Source of the DNA: Histomonas meleagridis 2922-C6/04-290x
Taxonomy: Eukaryota > Protista > Parabasalia
Assembly: GCA_020184695.1 (NCBI GenBank)
Contig: JAANOX010000034.1
Span: forward strand, 310,001 to 374,000
Length of the DNA stretch: 64,000 nt
Reading direction: 5' to 3'
Part shown: positions 33,557 to 44,948 of the stretch, in pieces
Layout of the letters: each line of letters begins with the position of its first letter
Numbering within the stretch: position 1 is the first letter of the stretch
The notes under the pieces: model-generated
The model's database searches: none
Seen by the model: only the letters and a program-made list of their open reading frames with translations
What the model was told of the DNA's origin: nothing
Translations under genes and position numbers: made by a program

Positions 33557-35575
33557 ATGGATTTTTTTCGCGATGAAGAAATCCAAAAATTAAAAGCAAT
33601 AAATAATGAACTAAGAATCAGATCTGCAATGAATTCTTACAAAATCCTTGAAAACGTAAAAAAACAAAATAGGGAGATTCAATCAAAAATATCATATCTA
33701 GCAAGAAATTCATATACACTCCCTTTTGCATGTTCAAAAAGAACACAAAGCTTTTGTAAATATCAAAAAAAAGATATATTAAAATCTCTTGGTCAACAAC
33801 CTGACGAAATATTTTTTCATTTCAGTACAGTCGATTCCCAAATATTTTCAAGTCATATTTCCTTTGTGTTTAATAAGTCAGAAGAGTTTGCACGCAAGTT
33901 ATACGAATATTTTCAGATCAAAAAACAAAACATTTATTCTTTTTCGTCAATAACATTTCCTTCATTTTTTTGCTATTTTTCTTCGTTCGAGTTTTGTTGC
34001 AATGCTGCTTCTATGTTACTTGAATTTATTAATTTATCGAAAGACAATTTTTACCCGTTAGTGAAATCATTTCTTCTTTCACAGTATACATTTTTTGATA
34101 CTCTTTGGACCAACTTTAGCAAAAAAGTATCAAATCTTAATGAATTAACAAATGTTCAGATCTTCAAATTTCTCTCAGAGTCCCTTCAAAACTCTGTTAA
34201 ACTTATTGAGTTACCTTTCCAACGGATAATTATCGCTGTTTCGCAGATTGACCCTGCATCTAAATCGATCTCATTTCTTATTCGGGTTTTAGTTTATAAG
34301 ACAGCCAAACTTTATCTGAAATATTCTCCTCTCTTCGTCAAGTTTCGCCACAAAAACACTGTTCTAAGTGTTTTTAAGCGTTATGGAAAGGAGCCAGTAA
34401 CACTTGAAGCAAATCACATATTAAGTATTTTTCTTTCGGCATCGGATTTATTCATAGAAACACTTCCAACCCTTATAGATGGTATTCATAATGATCATCT
34501 TCCTCTACTGATCTCTGAATATGATACAATTGAATATTCACGAATTGCAATTCCTCCTCAAACCCAAAGGCTGATGTTCCTTTCTTATTCGAAAGACATT
34601 AGTGAAATTCGAAAGTCGATTTTTTCACTTTTTAATATTGAACTTTATGTGAATAGACGTTTTAGATCTAGTTTCAAAACTTGTATAGTTCCTAAGATCA
34701 ACGTTGATTGCTATGCTTCAAAGTTTCCTGAGGACAAGCTCAAAGGCCTTGAAGCTGAGTATCAACAAAACAAAGAAAAAGACCAAGCATCGCCCTATCG
34801 TTCCAAATATTCAGAGGTTTACTCACTTTACAAATCGTCGGTTGAAATGAATGAAAAAATTGACATCTTAAATCAATCGATTGAACTTTCATTCCAATAT
34901 CATCTTATGCAACGCTATTTAGAATCACTCAATAGTTATTATTTTTTAGTTCTTTCACATTTTTTGGATAAATTTGAAACACTACCTATCGGCTCCTATA
35001 AAGGAGTACGATATGTTCGAGATGAACTTAAATATTTAATATCTATTAAAGGTAATAATACACATTTAGTAATACCATATTTAATTCATGTTTTAAATCA
35101 ATTTAATTGTGATTTATCCAATTGGGCCACCCCGGAAATTTCAAAGCGTTACATCGAACTCACCTCTAAAAAAACGTTAAAAGAATTCAGTGGATTTCTA
35201 TCGTCGAAAAGTTTAGACTCGATTCTATCAAATTTAATTTTCGATAAAAGCTTAAGATTAGGAGATCGTATGTTATTATTACTTCAATATTTAAAGGATA
35301 GTAATTCTTTCTTTTTGGAAATGAAAGATAAAATTACAGACATTTCACAATTTCATTGTTATATGTTAATCTCATCACATAATGGATTATTACCAGGAAC
35401 GATAATGATGTTAGAGAATTTAGTGTTTCAAGACTTATTGTTCACAAATAACTTTGATTTTCAGACCAGAGAACAATGGTGTGTAATGTTACAATCATTG
35501 TTAAATGTTCTTATGGATGATACCGAACTTTTGATGATGTGCTCTTCAATTCACATCGATTGGGAAAATGTATAA
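33557..35575 (+). CDS. Hypothetical protein (672 aa)
   Basis: Long ORF with ATG; no domain recognised with confidence. Confidence 0.7.
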   Translation: MDFFRDEEIQKLKAINNELRIRSAMNSYKILENVKKQNREIQSKISYLARNSYTLPFACSKRTQSFCKYQKKDILKSLGQQPDEIFFHFSTVDSQIFSSHISFVFNKSEEFARKLYEYFQIKKQNIYSFSSITFPSFFCYFSSFEFCCNAASMLLEFINLSKDNFYPLVKSFLLSQYTFFDTLWTNFSKKVSNLNELTNVQIFKFLSESLQNSVKLIELPFQRIIIAVSQIDPASKSISFLIRVLVYKTAKLYLKYSPLFVKFRHKNTVLSVFKRYGKEPVTLEANHILSIFLSASDLFIETLPTLIDGIHNDHLPLLISEYDTIEYSRIAIPPQTQRLMFLSYSKDISEIRKSIFSLFNIELYVNRRFRSSFKTCIVPKINVDCYASKFPEDKLKGLEAEYQQNKEKDQASPYRSKYSEVYSLYKSSVEMNEKIDILNQSIELSFQYHLMQRYLESLNSYYFLVLSHFLDKFETLPIGSYKGVRYVRDELKYLISIKGNNTHLVIPYLIHVLNQFNCDLSNWATPEISKRYIELTSKKTLKEFSGFLSSKSLDSILSNLIFDKSLRLGDRMLLLLQYLKDSNSFFLEMKDKITDISQFHCYMLISSHNGLLPGTIMMLENLVFQDLLFTNNFDFQTREQWCVMLQSLLNVLMDDTELLMMCSSIHIDWENV

Positions 35576-35639
35576 ATAAAATTTTGTTATGTTTTTAATT
35601 TAAAAAAAATATCAAAATTACAAATTTTATTCATTCTAT

Positions 35640-38600
35640 TTAACGATAATGCCTCGTCAATGCGTCTTTCATCTGATTGAGCCTAAACGGTTTCAGGTAA
35701 AATGCGTTTATTCCTGCTTCGATACATTTTTTCTCCATGTCTGCGTTGGAGCACACCGCTACAATAGGAATTGACGCGTAGTGTTTCGGTGACTTCCGAA
35801 TGATTTTTGCCATTGCAATTCCATCTAAATCTGATTTCCAATAATCCACGAAAACTAAATCGAAGTTTTCGTTGTCTAAATGTTTAATAGCTTCTTCGGC
35901 GTTCCTAGCAGTGATCATATTACAGCCAAGCTCTTTCATCACTTTTGTTTGCATATCGCAATTACCTGAAAATAGTAACAAAACATTTCTTTTGATGATT
36001 TCGTGATGTGTTATAGGCTTAAACATATCGGAAGATATTGTACCTTTTTGCATTAATTGTAAAATGTTTCTTCTGACTTGTGCTGATACAAAAGGTTTTA
36101 ATAAAAGTGTTGGACAAGAATTAATTTTTGAGATATCATTTGATACAATGAATAAGATATGGGTGACATTATTTTCTTCAATTTGTGATTTAATAATTTC
36201 GAAATTTTCATTTTCATCTTCGACGAATATTAAAGGTTTATGTAATGCGTCGAAGTTAATTTGTTTTATGTCATTAAATTCATAAATATTAATTTTCAAT
36301 TTCTTTAATTCTTGGATTATTTGATGTTTAATTGTAACGTCACCAACTGAGATATAAGCGTTATAATCCTTAAGTTCGAATTTTTCGCTATTCTTTTTCT
36401 CCGCTGATATACAAACGGTCAAAGATTTTTCATTTATGTTAAATGTAAACCATTTATTTTGTGTGCTATCGTTACACAAATTCATTGCGGTTCTTGCCAG
36501 CACTGAATTCACTGGTTTATTTGTCAACGTTAATGGTCTTCTAATTTTAAGTCTTGCTAAAGTTTTATGTATTGAAGTTTGACTTGTTACTTTATTGTTA
36601 ATATTAAAGTTACTTCCAGAAATATTATTGTTTTTTTTGTTAATTCTTTTCTTATTTTTCTTATCTTTAAATGTTTCATTTTCATTTGAAATACCACCAA
36701 ATAACAACATGAAATCCTTTAAGTCTTTTTGATTAATTTTATCCGAAAAAATCGAAATTTGGATATAAGTAATATGCCATTGAATTGATATGAATATCTT
36801 TTTTGGCATTTCATTAATAATCTTTGAGATAACCAAAGAAAGTAAAATGTGTAAATCATATGCATTCATATTAATAACATCTGGGAAATTCCCATAAACT
36901 CCAAGTGAAAAGTCGATACCTTTAGACAAACAATACGTCTTAAAAGGTCTAAAAATAGGTTCAATCTTTTCGAAGAAGTTTATATTTAAATCACATCTTT
37001 GTTGTTTATAAGGGTATAGCGGCGTTGTAAAGTTGTGAAACAGCAAATGTGAAATGTGATTTAAAATGTGCACGTAAAATTGATGTGATTTTGTTGTTGA
37101 ACGTAAAGAGAGTAAATCGATACATTCAAACACGTCTTGAAATATTTCACGATAATTCATATTCATTCCTTCAACTCTCGTTTTGACTAAACCTTTTTCT
37201 TTAAATAATTCATTTAAGTCGAAACATATTCCATTAACTTTCGATACACCACTAATTTTCCCTTGTAACAATAAGTTCATTGAAGGATTTGTTTCTAATG
37301 TTACCAACATATTAAAGTCCGAATTGATACGTAATGCTTGATTCATCTTTTTAGTGAATTCATTACGTTGATTTGGTTTAATATATTTATTAACAAATGT
37401 CCAATTCATTTTAAGGATATTTTCTATTCCTGGTTCGAATTTAAAATCAATTTGTTTCTTATTATCTTCGAATTCCCATAACATACATTTACCTATTTGG
37501 AATATTTCATTTTGTTTCTTAAATATTTGTAATGCGTTTTTAAGTTTCTCTTTTCGTTTTTGTACATCAATTGCTAAACAGAATAACCAATTTGTATTTG
37601 TTCGTGCCATAATTAATCGATACCAACGATATTCACCGCCGACTTTAATTATTTTGATTTGATCTGTCCAGAAATATATTATACCTTTTAATAAATATGA
37701 ATAATTTGTGATAAATACTTTCTTGTAATCTGCATGTACATAATTCACGAATTTAGAAAATTCCATGTTTTTATCGGTCATTAAAAAGTCCCAAATCGTC
37801 GGACAATTAAATACCGAATGTACACTTTCATTCTTAGGATCAACTTCCCATATAAAGAACTTTGATGAGAAAACTTCCATATTATCTTTAACTGGTGAAT
37901 GTAATTCCATTAAATCATTAATACAAAACAAAAAGCCAACATGTCCATTCGATGTACCACTAAATAATATTAATTTACCATCATTCGACATTAATCGAAT
38001 ATTAACTTTTTGGGAATTCCGTAATAAGTCAAAGATTAATAAGTCTTGTTCATATATGATTTTGTTTAACTCTAAAATTGGTGTTACATAACCTAAATAT
38101 TTAGATAATGAATCATTCTCTAATATGAATTTATTATCTTCAATATGGAACTTATAATAACCAAATTCTTTCATTAAAAAGTCAAAATCTGAAAGTGTTT
38201 CAATTAACTCATTTTCTTTGTTCTTTATTTGTGAGATATCTTCAAGAATTACAGTAATGATCGATTGATTTAATGCACATTTATCAGAATATAACGCATA
38301 ACCTGTATACCAATGTTGATCATTAGTTTGAAATACTAATTGATTAATCGAGCCTTTGTTCTTTGATATTTTTTGTAATTCTTTATAAAAGATATTAAAC
38401 TTAGAAAAGAATTCATTTGGATTAATTGAACTATTATTAAAGTTATATGTTAATGGTTCACAATCAATGAAATGTTTAAAATCAGATGTAAATTCAGTGA
38501 ATATAAATGATTTTAATGTTTTGATCAATTTTGAAAAATGTAAAAATATTAAATTTTGTTGATGAGCTTTAAATAATGTATAAACAACTATACAACATTT

Positions 38601-39974
38601 TATCATAATAGAAATCATTATCATTACAACTGGACTTGTTTCTTTGAAATAATCAAAGACAATTACACATGTTAATGAACAAAATAATGTCGATGTTCGA
38701 TAATAAAATGCAATTGAGTTTTCATATGGTACTTTATGTTTAACATGGAAATCAGGACCAGAAATATGTTTCTTGATTTCATTAAATGAATTTTCATCAA
38801 ATTTCTTAACATTGTCTGATTCTTTGCATAAAAATAATTTGTTGTTCTCCTCAAAAAATAAAACATGTGACCCATCTAAGATTTGACAAAATACTGATAC
38901 AACATTCGATAAATTGTCCTTCGAAATAGGATTACGTAATAATGTGTTTGACATCCCAAACATGACCATATAAAACTTGACAACAATTTCCCCAAATGGT
39001 TTATAGACAGTGATAATTTCTTCTGGGATATAAATCGTAGCTTTACTATTATCAATAAAGGTATAATGTAATGAATATGGACAAAAGTCTCTGAAGTCAC
39101 GATATCGTAATTTAGGTGTTCCTTTAAGTTGTAAATATGGATCATCAGATTCAAATTTTATGTTGAAATTACATTCGGATGTCTTGGATCGCTCCTCCCA
39201 GACATATATGAGATAAAATGGTTCCGAATTCGTGCTCAATTTAAAGGAACAACACCGTTTAAATGATACTGATTTCTTATTTCGTTTCATTTGGATAACG
39301 GATGATGATAAATTTTTCTCAAAGCCATTCCTGGCATAGTTGAAGATGCTTTCTATCTTTTTCTTTTCTAATTTTGTAAATTGTTGATATTCTTCAATGT
39401 TAGAATTTTGATGAGCAAACGCAACTGAATCAATCATAAGAGGAATTTTGATTCGGTGAGCATGTATTAGTGATACAGTGACTAAAAAAACTGTGAGTAT
39501 TAATAAAAATAATATTTTATGTGGATTGAGAGTTTTCGTATGACAATAAAGACATATAACTTCCCGGTACCTGCTGGAATAAACATAATATTGAATGGTT
39601 AGATTATAAGATATTTTAGATAAATTCGAAAAGGAAATTCTGTACTTGGCACTCGCTTTATCTGAAAGAACCGTACTATAATTCATTTTGGTGAAATAAT
39701 TAAGCAAGTAAAGTGATCCATTTAAGTTTGGAGAAACCACAATATCTATTGGAGAAGTAGGATCATCATCAACCAAATAAACATCAGGATACTTCGTTTT
39801 GTAAATACATTGGAGTGACATGCTGCGAGGAATTCGGTTGTAATATTGATTTATTGATGAAACTTCAATTAAATAAATATCATATCGCCCATTGGCATTA
39901 CCTCCATTATTGCTGGTAGTTCCGAGCACAGAAACTGAAAGAGAATAGATTGTTCGTAATAAGAATACGAGCAT
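35640..39974 (-). CDS. Membrane sensor: TM, PAS domains, degenerate histidine-kinase-like region and tandem receiver domains
   Basis: PAS (YVHADYKKVF...GGEYRWY...AIDVQKRK); C-terminal receiver (FDLVFVDYWKSDLDG...IPIVAV...GINAFYLKPF); likely start MLVFLLRT at 39974. Confidence 0.8.
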   Translation of the reverse strand: MLVFLLRTIYSLSVSVLGTTSNNGGNANGRYDIYLIEVSSINQYYNRIPRSMSLQCIYKTKYPDVYLVDDDPTSPIDIVVSPNLNGSLYLLNYFTKMNYSTVLSDKASAKYRISFSNLSKISYNLTIQYYVYSSRYREVICLYCHTKTLNPHKILFLLILTVFLVTVSLIHAHRIKIPLMIDSVAFAHQNSNIEEYQQFTKLEKKKIESIFNYARNGFEKNLSSSVIQMKRNKKSVSFKRCCSFKLSTNSEPFYLIYVWEERSKTSECNFNIKFESDDPYLQLKGTPKLRYRDFRDFCPYSLHYTFIDNSKATIYIPEEIITVYKPFGEIVVKFYMVMFGMSNTLLRNPISKDNLSNVVSVFCQILDGSHVLFFEENNKLFLCKESDNVKKFDENSFNEIKKHISGPDFHVKHKVPYENSIAFYYRTSTLFCSLTCVIVFDYFKETSPVVMIMISIMIKCCIVVYTLFKAHQQNLIFLHFSKLIKTLKSFIFTEFTSDFKHFIDCEPLTYNFNNSSINPNEFFSKFNIFYKELQKISKNKGSINQLVFQTNDQHWYTGYALYSDKCALNQSIITVILEDISQIKNKENELIETLSDFDFLMKEFGYYKFHIEDNKFILENDSLSKYLGYVTPILELNKIIYEQDLLIFDLLRNSQKVNIRLMSNDGKLILFSGTSNGHVGFLFCINDLMELHSPVKDNMEVFSSKFFIWEVDPKNESVHSVFNCPTIWDFLMTDKNMEFSKFVNYVHADYKKVFITNYSYLLKGIIYFWTDQIKIIKVGGEYRWYRLIMARTNTNWLFCLAIDVQKRKEKLKNALQIFKKQNEIFQIGKCMLWEFEDNKKQIDFKFEPGIENILKMNWTFVNKYIKPNQRNEFTKKMNQALRINSDFNMLVTLETNPSMNLLLQGKISGVSKVNGICFDLNELFKEKGLVKTRVEGMNMNYREIFQDVFECIDLLSLRSTTKSHQFYVHILNHISHLLFHNFTTPLYPYKQQRCDLNINFFEKIEPIFRPFKTYCLSKGIDFSLGVYGNFPDVINMNAYDLHILLSLVISKIINEMPKKIFISIQWHITYIQISIFSDKINQKDLKDFMLLFGGISNENETFKDKKNKKRINKKNNNISGSNFNINNKVTSQTSIHKTLARLKIRRPLTLTNKPVNSVLARTAMNLCNDSTQNKWFTFNINEKSLTVCISAEKKNSEKFELKDYNAYISVGDVTIKHQIIQELKKLKINIYEFNDIKQINFDALHKPLIFVEDENENFEIIKSQIEENNVTHILFIVSNDISKINSCPTLLLKPFVSAQVRRNILQLMQKGTISSDMFKPITHHEIIKRNVLLLFSGNCDMQTKVMKELGCNMITARNAEEAIKHLDNENFDLVFVDYWKSDLDGIAMAKIIRKSPKHYASIPIVAVCSNADMEKKCIEAGINAFYLKPFRLNQMKDALTRHYR

Positions 39975-40789
39975 TACTGTGCTTTTAAGTTGCCTTCTGG
40001 ATCGAAAATTCAATGGATTGAATGTAAATTTGAACGTTACTAACAAAATAAATGTAAATGTCACAATTTTTGAATTGTCAAATTTGACCTCTTTGATTAT
40101 TATCAATTTTGAATGTGGTTAGTTAAATTCATAAAGGTGTTATAAAAAAATCGAAATGTTCCAAACAAACAAAGATATTGTGCTAGAAGTTAAAAAAAAT
40201 GGAATTGTCATATAATACAAGATATCACTTCTTTTAGTGAATAAATTTTTAGCTAAATATATTATGTTTTGCAAAATAATGAAGGAATATTGCAAAAGAT
40301 ATCTGACAGAACTGCTTGGATATAAAGCATTGAAAAGTAATTTTTATCACAAATGTGAATTCTTGAAACGTTTTCACTTTTCAAATAATAGTTCGTTTGA
40401 AAAACCTGGGCGACCCTGGAACGAAAAAACATCAATTAATGCATAGGAATGTTCCTAAGGAACTAATCAGGCCGTCACAAATCTAATCCTAATGAGGTTC
40501 TCCCATCCATGAGTCTCATTTTAATATAATCTGAATTTTTAAATTAAATTATCGTATCAATCATTTTCATTTCTCATAATAAAAACCTGTGTTATGCACA
40601 ATATTTTTGTTCGCTAGTAAGAATTTTTTTTCTATTTCAAGAATTGGTTTAAATGATTTTGTTTTTGAAAGTTTTGTGATAAACGGTCGTTTTTTGAATT
40701 TGCCACGGAAAAACATTACTTTTTGTTTGCATATTTGGTCACTGTAACGTTTTTTGATTAGTTTATCTCAAAAATGACAATATTTAAAA

Positions 40790-41803
40790 ATGAATGCAGA
40801 TCAAGTGGTATGTTCTATAAATAATCGCCACCAAGCTCGAACATTCCTTAACAACATCACATTTGATAAAAATCCTATTGATAGGCTCGCATCATGGATG
40901 ATCTTTCTTGATATCTTCAATCCAGACAAAGAGAAATTTAGTGATTGCTTAAAGAGAATTAAAGAAGATTATACAAATCTTCTTAACAAGAAGTTAGGAA
41001 ATGATTGGAATAACCATGCAAAAAATGTACCTGAAAAAGATCTAATGACCATTAAAGCAGATATCGAACGAAGCATGAAATGGTTCATTGAAAAGGCTGG
41101 CTCTGTTGGCATTAAAGACATTGACTCCGAGGAAGCAGAAAAATTATTCAAACGAGTTCTTGATATGCTTTATCATTATGACAGTTATTATTCATATTAT
41201 CAAAGTTATGACCGCTATGTCTATATCACATATCTTATTACGCTTCAATCGAACTTTAATGATCAACTTCTTCAAGAATCCATTACATTTTATTTAACAC
41301 AAAGGATCCTTAAAATCATTGCACTTCCCGAACTTTTTGAGCGAATCAAAAGCAATGAAGAACCATTATTTAGTCAAATCGACAAAAACTTGAACAAAAT
41401 ATTACCAGATAAATATCGCAAAATTTCGGAAGCTGGTGGCAATGCATTTCAATATTCGTTGAAATGGCGCATCTTAATATTCTCTGAGGAGCATACCGTT
41501 GGGCAGATATACTTAATATGGGACAATGTTTTCACCCGATTAAATGATTTCGCTGAATATTTCGCATGTTTAACATACGCACATTTAGCGCAGGTCGACT
41601 TGGATGACGACGAACAATCGCCGATCGAAATAATACAAAAGAACGAAAAATGGGACGGGAAAAGTTTGGTGAAGTACGCAACAAATAAATACAATGAAAT
41701 AGTCGGAAACAGAAGGAAAAGGACATACATAGCGTTGGCAATGTTGGGCTTGGTCATAGCCGCATTTTACGCAATGCTGTTCAGGAGGGGTTTGAATAAG
41801 TAA
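40790..41803 (+). CDS. TBC (Rab-GAP) domain protein with C-terminal TM anchor
   Basis: IKADIER (IxxDxxR), YYQ (YxQ), KWRILIFSEE...IWDNVF; terminal TYIALAMLGLVIAAFYAMLF. Confidence 0.8.
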   Translation: MNADQVVCSINNRHQARTFLNNITFDKNPIDRLASWMIFLDIFNPDKEKFSDCLKRIKEDYTNLLNKKLGNDWNNHAKNVPEKDLMTIKADIERSMKWFIEKAGSVGIKDIDSEEAEKLFKRVLDMLYHYDSYYSYYQSYDRYVYITYLITLQSNFNDQLLQESITFYLTQRILKIIALPELFERIKSNEEPLFSQIDKNLNKILPDKYRKISEAGGNAFQYSLKWRILIFSEEHTVGQIYLIWDNVFTRLNDFAEYFACLTYAHLAQVDLDDDEQSPIEIIQKNEKWDGKSLVKYATNKYNEIVGNRRKRTYIALAMLGLVIAAFYAMLFRRGLNK

Positions 41804-42615
41804 ATTGATATCTCATTTATGTGTTTTGCGTAAGAGACAAATGATTGAGATTACGAATTCATTGCCAAACATAACGAATATCAAAAATAGATTTAAATAA
41901 TGTTTAAGGAATTTTTATCATATCAATTAATGAGAAAACTTATTTAAAAACCTATAGCGATATAAATTTTTTATATTGATAAATAATTTTAGAGTTATCA
42001 ATTTTCTTTTTTTTTATGTTAATAATGATAATGTTGTAATTATTAAAATCATATGTGGTATGAGAATCTTTGATGAAAATTTGTTTGTTTTGGATATAAT
42101 AATCTCGTTTGCTTCTGTTTTTTGTTGGTTGGATATTTTGATTTCTGCTTTGATAATTTTTCCAATAGACCTAGACTTAAGGGTATTCTGATAAAGTGAC
42201 TGAATTCTTTCTTGTTAGATAGCTTATATGTTTCGTTTAATCTTTGTTATATATAACATATTAATTTCTACAATAATTTTATTTTTATCCAATAAACCAA
42301 CATTTTTCTAATTGTTTCACAATTTATTCTGATTTTTATTACAAACAAAAGCCCAACAATTAGTAATGGTTTAGACGTAATCAAAAAAACATGCTATTTC
42401 TCTTTAGCAAACTAAAAGGGTGAGGTTTTCATTCGAAAGCTGTATATTTGATTATGCCATTATAAAATATTTTATAAAATTATTAAACAATTTAATGTAT
42501 GATTTTGAATTCTGTATCAATAGGCAAATTTGATAAAATTATATTTTTTTGCATATGCGGACATATTTAAATAAAATATTCCAAAATTTAATTTATTTTT
42601 ATTAATTCTATAACT

Positions 42616-43836
42616 TTATTTTACATCATTTACTACCTCATCTAAATCAAGTGACAAAATTTTATCGATTACATTTTGATACTTTTCTTTCTTTTTCTTA
42701 TTTGGCCATATTTTTACATATTTACTATTTTCCAGTGCATATTTTCTTCTTTCTTTTATTTCGCTAATAATTTGTTGGTTTTCTGTTATGAATTTATTCC
42801 ACAAAGATCTTGTCCAACACCATTTTCGAGATAAAATACAATTTTGGATGGTTTCATAAGGCCCTGCGATCCTTATCGCGTCTTGTATCATTTCGACTTT
42901 CATACGTCGTTCAACTCCGCGATAATATTCAAGAGATGGACGATAATTAACTTCCAAAATGTGCGGTTTTAAATTTTCGTCAAGTAAAATATCAAATCCC
43001 AAAATTTGGAAGCACCGTGAAAAAGAATTTGTTGGAAGTTCTTCATCTACCGCCTGCTTAAGATATTTGTATGATGATATTATTGTTAAAAGTACAATAT
43101 CATCAATTTCGGACCAGATTGATGAGACATCAACACCATTTGAAGATAATTCAGGAAAAACATCGGAGATAAGTCGTGAAGTATCTTCGATTTTGGTGCC
43201 ATTAGCATTACGATTTAACGCAACATTGGTAATTCGAGAATATCGAGATTTTAAATTAGACTTAAGAGAACAAAATCTACATAAACCATCGCGATAAATA
43301 TACACGCGAAGTGGTGTAATAGAGGCAATAAGAACATAAATACGTAAATCAAATTTAGTATTATTAATTAAGAAAGATTTGATGTACTCTTGTGCTACAG
43401 AGCTGGTAGTGGTTGGGTAGACTTTGGATTTGGAATTTACAATTCGAATTCCATTACCAAATGAACCTGCATCAGGTTTGATGAGAAAATCAGAAGTAGT
43501 GGATTTAAGAACTGTCATAAACTGTTTTTCGTCACGAGGTAGAATAAAAGTTTGAGGATAAAAACTATATAATTCTGGAAAATGTGATTTTGCTATATTG
43601 AGAAGAATTGAGAGTGGTACTTTTTTGCACAAAACATTGATTTTTGGTATTCTGTTAATGATTTTCCATGGCGTCAGCTTTTTAATATATTCAGGATTTG
43701 GTGGAATGATGGAATCAGTCCATATCAAAACTGCTGTTGCATCACCAGCCTTGAACTTCAATCCAAGATTTTCCATTGCTTCTAGAACTGATTTAAAGTG
43801 TATGAATCTCGAATCGATGCAAAGACGAGATTCCAT
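42616..43836 (-). CDS. Tubulin-tyrosine-ligase-like (TTLL) glutamylase/glycylase
   Basis: FLIKPDAGSFGNGI, VAQEYI, KFDLRIYVL, FQILGFDILLD and LEVNYRPSL; likely start MESRL at 43836. Confidence 0.9.
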   Translation of the reverse strand: MESRLCIDSRFIHFKSVLEAMENLGLKFKAGDATAVLIWTDSIIPPNPEYIKKLTPWKIINRIPKINVLCKKVPLSILLNIAKSHFPELYSFYPQTFILPRDEKQFMTVLKSTTSDFLIKPDAGSFGNGIRIVNSKSKVYPTTTSSVAQEYIKSFLINNTKFDLRIYVLIASITPLRVYIYRDGLCRFCSLKSNLKSRYSRITNVALNRNANGTKIEDTSRLISDVFPELSSNGVDVSSIWSEIDDIVLLTIISSYKYLKQAVDEELPTNSFSRCFQILGFDILLDENLKPHILEVNYRPSLEYYRGVERRMKVEMIQDAIRIAGPYETIQNCILSRKWCWTRSLWNKFITENQQIISEIKERRKYALENSKYVKIWPNKKKKEKYQNVIDKILSLDLDEVVNDVK

Positions 43837-43915
43837 GGTCGGATTACTTTTCCATTTTCTTAACGTAAAATAATTCAATGGATATGTGTCCAAGCAAACA
43901 CAGTCAAATCCACCA

Positions 43916-44932
43916 ATGAATGAGGATGTTGAAGCTCTTTTTAATGCAATAAAAGAAAAACGATTTGATGATGCAGATAGACTCCTTGAATCTGGTGTTG
44001 ATACTCGCATAACTGATGATAAAGGATTAACACCAGTTGATTATGCACAATTATCAGGGAATGTCGATTTCTTCAAAAAAATTAGTTTCATAAATCGCCG
44101 TATAAATGTACACATGATGACAGAAAAATTCCCACAGCTTTGCCAACATTTTTTATCAATTCCAGATTTTCAGATGAAGTTTAAATGGCAAGTTTATTCA
44201 TGGATTCCTTTTATATCAGCGTTTTGTCCATCGGATACATGGCTTATTTCTAAAGTAGGAAGTAAATTAAGGATTGACACCACACTTGCAAATTGGAATA
44301 ATTATAGATTTACACGTGGTTCTACATCTGTTTTTTTTGATGCCAATTCGCCAGACATGCTTGATTCCTTTATTGTTATTGATAATGTTTCAGGACAACG
44401 ATTTTCAGTACTACGTGAAATCATCGAAAGTAATGAGATTGAAAATGACATTGACAACTTAATGAAAATGGATCTTCTTAAAGGTTCGATCAATCCTGAG
44501 ACCATTCATCATAAGCCATCTAAGAACTTCTTTGGATGGAGGATACGAGATTCTCTTCATCAAAATCGATATCAAGTAACGCCATCGGACCTGTCAAATG
44601 TCAAGGTGAAGTTCACTCATTTTCTATGCGATGATTTTGGAAAAGAAAACATTCGGCCATTGTTCCATGAGAAGACTTATAGTGGAAGGTTTTGGTGTAG
44701 TAGAGAATTCCCAGTACAGCCATCAATGTTAATCCCTTTCTTTGAAGCATTATCACCATTCAAAGATACATGTCGAAATATCTTAATGTTGTTAGGGATG
44801 TTTGAAGATGGAATGCCATTAAAAGCGATAATTAATGTGTTTCCAACTGTTAAACTTTCATTTGAATTTATAGATTTTGAAGATAACACAGAACTGTATC
44901 ATGATTACGTTAATTTACCTATGAATGAATAA
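43916..44932 (+). CDS. ANKRD13: ANKRD13-family protein (ankyrin plus GPCR-chaperone domain)
   Basis: N-terminal ankyrin (DDKGLTPVDYA) and DFQMKFKWQVYSWIPFISAFCPSDT...LRIDTTL match the ANKRD13 core. Confidence 0.8.
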   Translation: MNEDVEALFNAIKEKRFDDADRLLESGVDTRITDDKGLTPVDYAQLSGNVDFFKKISFINRRINVHMMTEKFPQLCQHFLSIPDFQMKFKWQVYSWIPFISAFCPSDTWLISKVGSKLRIDTTLANWNNYRFTRGSTSVFFDANSPDMLDSFIVIDNVSGQRFSVLREIIESNEIENDIDNLMKMDLLKGSINPETIHHKPSKNFFGWRIRDSLHQNRYQVTPSDLSNVKVKFTHFLCDDFGKENIRPLFHEKTYSGRFWCSREFPVQPSMLIPFFEALSPFKDTCRNILMLLGMFEDGMPLKAIINVFPTVKLSFEFIDFEDNTELYHDYVNLPMNE

Positions 44933-44948
44933 ATAAATAAAACATGTT

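Noticed and set aside
40237-40520. Possible mariner N-terminal relic (ELLGYKAL...FLKRF...KPGRPW)
   Set aside because: The resemblance is too weak, and no catalytic motifs or TIRs were found nearby.
43837-44010. Overlap between the TTLL and ANKRD13 ORFs as listed in the ORF track
   Set aside because: An artefact of non-ATG or upstream start calls; the homologous domains begin at 43836 and 43916.
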